In this document: piece after piece, positions 64,000 to 64,000 of the stretch
Layout: every line of letters starts with the position of its first letter
Position numbering within the stretch: the stretch's first letter is position 1
Source of the DNA: Clostridia bacterium
Lineage (GTDB): Bacteria; Bacillota; Clostridia; Oscillospirales; CAG-272
Reading direction: 5' to 3'
Length of the DNA: 64,000 nt
Assembly: GCA_017501245.1 (NCBI GenBank)
Contig: JAFVXI010000026.1
Span: 30,932-94,931, forward strand
Position numbers and translations under genes: made by a program
The notes under the pieces: generated by a model
What the model was told of the DNA's origin: nothing
What the model saw: only the letters and a program-made list of their open reading frames with translations
Databases searched by the model: none

Positions 64000-64000
64000 A

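Noticed and set aside
1-64000. I scanned for CRISPR arrays, transposases, integrases, phage or plasmid genes, toxin-antitoxin pairs, rRNA, and large direct or inverted repeats.
   Set aside because: I found none. The only repeated coding material is the M24-like/ASRT duplication, and the only structured repeat is the array at 6172..6344.

Overview
This window looks like a chromosomal segment of a Gram-positive, Clostridia-like anaerobe. Supporting signs are a PolC-type replicase, lipobox lipoproteins, a SpoVB-like flippase and NifS/NifU. The backbone is the conserved rpsB-tsf / pyrH-frr-uppS-cdsA-dxr-rseP-ispG-polC block, split here between tsf and pyrH by about 20.7 kb of transporter, regulator and carbohydrate genes. 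I also see three tRNA genes with encoded CCA (Gln-UUG, Thr-UGU, Tyr-GUA). There is a tRNA and translation-quality-control neighbourhood (radical SAM/SPASM, cca, rqcH, mnmM) and a nifS-nifU-mnmA cluster. Several ABC systems and large secreted proteins are present. I found no CRISPR array, transposase, integrase or phage gene. Four observations stand out. (1) An unannotated 16-codon Asp-rich ORF on the minus strand has a consensus promoter, a strong SD and an intrinsic terminator 6 nt after its stop. It sits in the leader of a CNNM/CorB-type Mg2+ transporter gene and is a candidate ribosome-mediated attenuator. (2) A duplicated module pairs an M24 pita-bread-fold gene that appears to lack the canonical Asp metal ligands with an ASRT-family (sensory rhodopsin transducer-like) gene. 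The two pairs flank an AraC regulator and an M81/MlrC-like peptidase, and one M24 copy is frameshifted. (3) A periodic GATGAAATC / ATC-stem-GAT hairpin array lies next to a monocistronic tRNA-Gln. (4) Two of the three tRNAs carry C at T-loop position 55. All functional assignments come from reading motifs by eye and need HMM or BLAST confirmation.
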